Below are positions 57,549-60,655 of a stretch of DNA of 60,655 bases, piece after piece (within the stretch, counting starts at the first letter, position 1; every line of letters starts with the position of its first letter). The DNA lies in the NCBI GenBank assembly GCA_964530075.1, contig CAZGXU010000006.1, positions 1 through 60,655 on the forward strand, read 5' to 3'. Origin of the DNA: an uncultured Thermotogae bacterium. Lineage in GTDB: Bacteria; Bipolaricaulota; Bipolaricaulia; UBA7950; UBA9294. Below the pieces are notes generated by a model. That model was not told the DNA's origin and ran no database searches. It worked only from the letters and a program-made list of their open reading frames with translations. The position numbers were made by a program, and so were the translations under genes.

Positions 57549-58191
57549 CAGGTTGATCATCGACCACCGGCATCGGGAAGCGGCGGCAAACCTCGCGTCG
57601 CTCCTCGAAAAGCGATTCTCCGACCGCGATGCGCCGCTCATCGTCAGCATAGGTGGAGAGTCCGGGAGCGGAAAGAGCGAACTGGCGGAGGCTCTCGCCG
57701 ACGAGCTGCGAGCCCGAGGCGTTTCGGCCCTCGTCATCCAGCAGGACGACTACTTCATCCACCCGCCGAGGACGAACGATCGGAAGCGGAGAGAGGAGAT
57801 CGGTTGGGTCGGACCGCAGGAGGTCAGACTCGACCTCCTCGACGCCAACCTCAAGGCCCTGATCGACGGAGCGGAAGCGATCGTCAAGCCGCTCGTCTTC
57901 TACGACGAGGACCGAATCGGCGAGGAGCGGCTGTCCGCTGAAGGCGTGAGAGTCGTCATCATCGAGGGGACATACACGTCCTTGCTGCGGAACGTCGACG
58001 TACGGGTCTTCGTCGATCGCACGTTCAGAGATACCCGAAGCGCGAGGACCGAACGCGCCCGCGAGACGCAAGACGCGTTTCTCGATCGGGTACTGGAGAT
58101 CGAGCACGGAATCATATCAAGGCACAGGGATCACGCCGACATCCTGATCGAGGCGGACTACTCCGTGAAGGAGCTGGTCCCCAAGACGTAG
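57538..58191 (+). CDS. uridine kinase/PRK-like P-loop kinase
   Basis: GGESGSGKS, QDDYF, IIEG; overlaps the GT gene. Confidence 0.8.
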   Translation: MHGDRLIIDHRHREAAANLASLLEKRFSDRDAPLIVSIGGESGSGKSELAEALADELRARGVSALVIQQDDYFIHPPRTNDRKRREEIGWVGPQEVRLDLLDANLKALIDGAEAIVKPLVFYDEDRIGEERLSAEGVRVVIIEGTYTSLLRNVDVRVFVDRTFRDTRSARTERARETQDAFLDRVLEIEHGIISRHRDHADILIEADYSVKELVPKT

Positions 58192-58387
58192 TGAATCACC
58201 GGAGGGACGCCGACCAATGCGAACCAGAGCGCTAGCCAAGGGATCGCGCGAGCCCGGCCGTAAGGACGATGTTGGCCTCTCCACAACCGATTCATGCCAG
58301 ACATCGAACAGGGAGGTGGTACGCTCGAAGGACAGCATGGCCAGCTGTTGGGAAGGACCTATGGAAAGGTAACCAAGGAGGCAGAAC

Positions 58388-59659
58388 ATGCGTAAGGCTC
58401 TAGTTGCGCTTCTCGCGCTTTCGCTTGTCGGACTAGCCACGATCGTTGGATTCGCTGAGATGAAGTACGTCACTGTGATGCACGGTTGGCCGGGCGAACA
58501 GGCCCCGGCGTTCCAGAAGATCGTCGCCGCGTTTGAGGAAGCCAATCCGGATATCACGGTCATTGTTGAGATCGTCGGACGTGACCGGCCGGCTATCCTG
58601 GCGACGCGTCTCGCGCAAGGAAACCCGCCGGATCTCACCCCCCACCCGTGGATTGGAACCATGCGGCAGTGGGCGGATGCCGGCCAGATCGTCAACCTTA
58701 ACGGTCTCATCGACACGTCGGACATCAACCCGGCGCTTCTCCCAATCGGGGAGTACAGAGGCGGTCTATACGGCCTGTTTATCTTCCCGAACGTGAAGAG
58801 CTTGGTCTGGTACGACCCGAAGGTGTTCGCAGCCGATGGGTACGCCGTGCCGAGCACGTGGGACGAGCTGCAGGCTCTGAGCCAGCAGATCGTCGACGAC
58901 GGGGGTGCTCCGTGGTCGATCGGTCTTGAGTCCGGCGCCGCCAGTGGTTGGCCGGGCACCGACTGGATTGAGGACATCATCCTGCGGACGGCCGGCGCGG
59001 ACTTCTACGACCAGTGGGTTGCCCACGAAGTTCCGTGGACGGACCAGCGTGTCAAGAGCGCGTTTGAGGTCTTCGGTGACATGTTCGCGGACAACTACGT
59101 CCTCGGTGGCGCCACAGGTGCGCTGACGACGAACTTCGGCGACGCCGCCGATCCGCTGTTCTTCGATCCGCCGGCAGCCTACATGACCAAGCAGGCCACG
59201 TTCATCAACGGCTTTATCACGGATCACTTCCCGAACCTTGTCGCCGGGGAGGACTACGCCATCTTCCCGCTTCCGGGCATCTCGCCGGACGCGACTCCCG
59301 ACGGGTCGATCCCGCTGCTCGTGTCGGGCGACGTCGTGACGGTGTTCAACGACCGCCCCGAGGTGATCAAGTTCGCCCAGTTCCTGACCTCGGAGACCGC
59401 GGCCAGCATTTGGAGCTCCGAACTCGGTGAGCTGTCGGCGTACGTCAACGCCGATCCGAACCAGTTCACGAATCCGATCACCCGGCAGGCACAGGGAATG
59501 CTGCTCAACGCGGCTGTGTCGCGTTATGACGGCTCCGACATGATGCCGGCTGAGATCGGTACCGGTGCATTCTGGACGGGCATTCTCGACTACGTCAGTG
59601 GGATGGATCTGGATACCGTCCTCCAGAACATCGAGGATGTAGCCAAGGACGCTTACTAG
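58388..59659 (+). CDS. sugar ABC substrate-binding protein (AglE/alpha-glucoside-like)
   Basis: Signal peptide; VKSLVWY, W.IGLESGAASGWPGTDWIED, DGSDMMP. Confidence 0.9.
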   Translation: MRKALVALLALSLVGLATIVGFAEMKYVTVMHGWPGEQAPAFQKIVAAFEEANPDITVIVEIVGRDRPAILATRLAQGNPPDLTPHPWIGTMRQWADAGQIVNLNGLIDTSDINPALLPIGEYRGGLYGLFIFPNVKSLVWYDPKVFAADGYAVPSTWDELQALSQQIVDDGGAPWSIGLESGAASGWPGTDWIEDIILRTAGADFYDQWVAHEVPWTDQRVKSAFEVFGDMFADNYVLGGATGALTTNFGDAADPLFFDPPAAYMTKQATFINGFITDHFPNLVAGEDYAIFPLPGISPDATPDGSIPLLVSGDVVTVFNDRPEVIKFAQFLTSETAASIWSSELGELSAYVNADPNQFTNPITRQAQGMLLNAAVSRYDGSDMMPAEIGTGAFWTGILDYVSGMDLDTVLQNIEDVAKDAY

Positions 59660-59665
59660 GAACGT

Positions 59666-59703
59666 GAGGGAGCCTAGGGGCTTGTCCCCTTGGCTCCCTC
59701 TTC
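59666..59703 (+). terminator. intergenic hairpin after the binding-protein gene (partial terminator or mRNA stabiliser)
   Basis: GAGGGAGCCTAGGGG..CCCCTTGGCTCCCTC followed by only a short T run. Confidence 0.6.
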
Positions 59704-59727
59704 AGTCCTCACAGAGAGTGCGTTGTC

Positions 59728-60618
59728 ATGATTCACACTGGCCGATGGAGACCGTGGCTTTTCGTCGGGCCCGCGTTGCTGCTCATCGGATTCTTCTTGG
59801 TCTATCCCACCGTCATGACGGTAGCACGGTCGTTCTTCGGCCGGGGAACCACTCTCTTCGGCCCCAGCGTTGAGTACGTGGGCTTCACCAACTGGAAGTA
59901 CGTGTTTACCAACCAAACCATGCTTACCGCGTTGCGCAACAACGCGCTGTGGGCAGTCCTGTTCACCTTCTTCACCGTCGGTTTCGGCCTCGTTCTGGCT
60001 GTGTTGCTGGACCGAGTGAAGTACGAGAAGATTGCGAAGTCGATCGTCTTCATCCCCGCCGCGATTTCGATGGTCGGCGCATCCATCATCTGGAAGTTCG
60101 TCTACGCGTACAAGCCTGCGAATCTGTCCCAGATCGGTTTCCTCAACGCGATTGTCGTCGCTCTCGGGGGAGAACCGATCGGATGGCTGATTCAGCGCCC
60201 CTGGATCAACAATTTCTGTTTGATCGTCGTGGGCATCTGGATGTGGACAGGATTCTGCATGGTGATCCTGTCGGCGGCCTACAAGAACATCCCCAAGCAG
60301 TTGCTGGAAGCCGCGCGCATCGATGGCGCCAATGAATGGCGCGTCTTCCGCAACGTCATCCTACCGCTGCTCAGCCCCACCGCAGCCGTGGTCGCCACAA
60401 CCATGGTCGTCCAAGTTCTCAAGATCTTCGACATCATCTACGTCATGACGAACGGCAACTACTCGACGGAAGTCATCGCCAATCGGATGTACAAAGAGAT
60501 GTTCAACTACTTCAACTACGGCCGCGCCAGTGCGATAGCTGTCGTGCTCCTGATCCTCATCATCCCGTTCATGATTCTGAATATCCGCCGATTCGTAGCG
60601 CAGGAAGGGGCTCGATGA
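59728..60618 (+). CDS. carbohydrate ABC permease (AglF-like)
   Basis: PWLF, YVG.TN, W..GF.MVILSAA, EAARIDGA, KIFD. Confidence 0.94.
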   Translation: MIHTGRWRPWLFVGPALLLIGFFLVYPTVMTVARSFFGRGTTLFGPSVEYVGFTNWKYVFTNQTMLTALRNNALWAVLFTFFTVGFGLVLAVLLDRVKYEKIAKSIVFIPAAISMVGASIIWKFVYAYKPANLSQIGFLNAIVVALGGEPIGWLIQRPWINNFCLIVVGIWMWTGFCMVILSAAYKNIPKQLLEAARIDGANEWRVFRNVILPLLSPTAAVVATTMVVQVLKIFDIIYVMTNGNYSTEVIANRMYKEMFNYFNYGRASAIAVVLLILIIPFMILNIRRFVAQEGAR

Positions 60619-60655
60619 TGAACCTTCGAAGAACCGTGTCGCGAATCCCCCTTCA
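60615..60655 (+). CDS. 5' end of probable second ABC permease (cut by window edge)
   Basis: ATGA overlap with the previous stop; reads MMNLRRTVSRIPL. Identity is inferred from operon order only. Confidence 0.55.
   Translation, partial: MMNLRRTVSRIPL

Noticed and set aside
1-60655. CRISPR arrays, tRNA or rRNA genes
   Set aside because: No repeat-spacer periodicity or tRNA/rRNA signatures seen in the intergenic gaps by eye; no covariance search was run.

Overview
High-GC window from an anaerobic bacterium; gene content suggests a Bipolaricaulota-like lineage, but that is an unverified impression. Left to right: an IS481 remnant; sucCD; apgM plus a membrane histidine kinase; a group 3b [NiFe] hydrogenase operon whose beta and gamma subunits are fused and carry an N-terminal receiver domain; a ~17 kb hdrL-mvhDGA-protease-hdrC-frhB-like-hdrA-flxDCBA cluster with no hdrB; guaB-purB; a DUF47 gene; an unannotated unit of an 18-aa Lys-rich peptide and a LysW-like zinc ribbon; phzF-like; an IPTL-CTERM/exosortase H locus with a large repeat surface protein; a class III cyclase; ABC exporters; an ABATE/CGNR regulator divergent from a QueG-like gene; malY/patB-like; two tandem cassettes of a membrane sensor-winged-helix regulator plus a secreted beta-helix protein, with 11-bp-phased TGA arrays; a RAYT with inverted repeats; and a DeoR-GT4-kinase-sugar ABC operon running off the end. 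Best candidates for undescribed systems: (1) the kinase/receiver circuit wired into the hydrogenase, (2) the duplicated sensor-wHTH/beta-helix cassettes, (3) the HdrB-less Hdr cluster with a dual nucleotide-binding HdrL, (4) the Lys-peptide/LysW-like unit. All calls come from reading motifs by eye; no searches were run. Many starts were trimmed from the ORF track.
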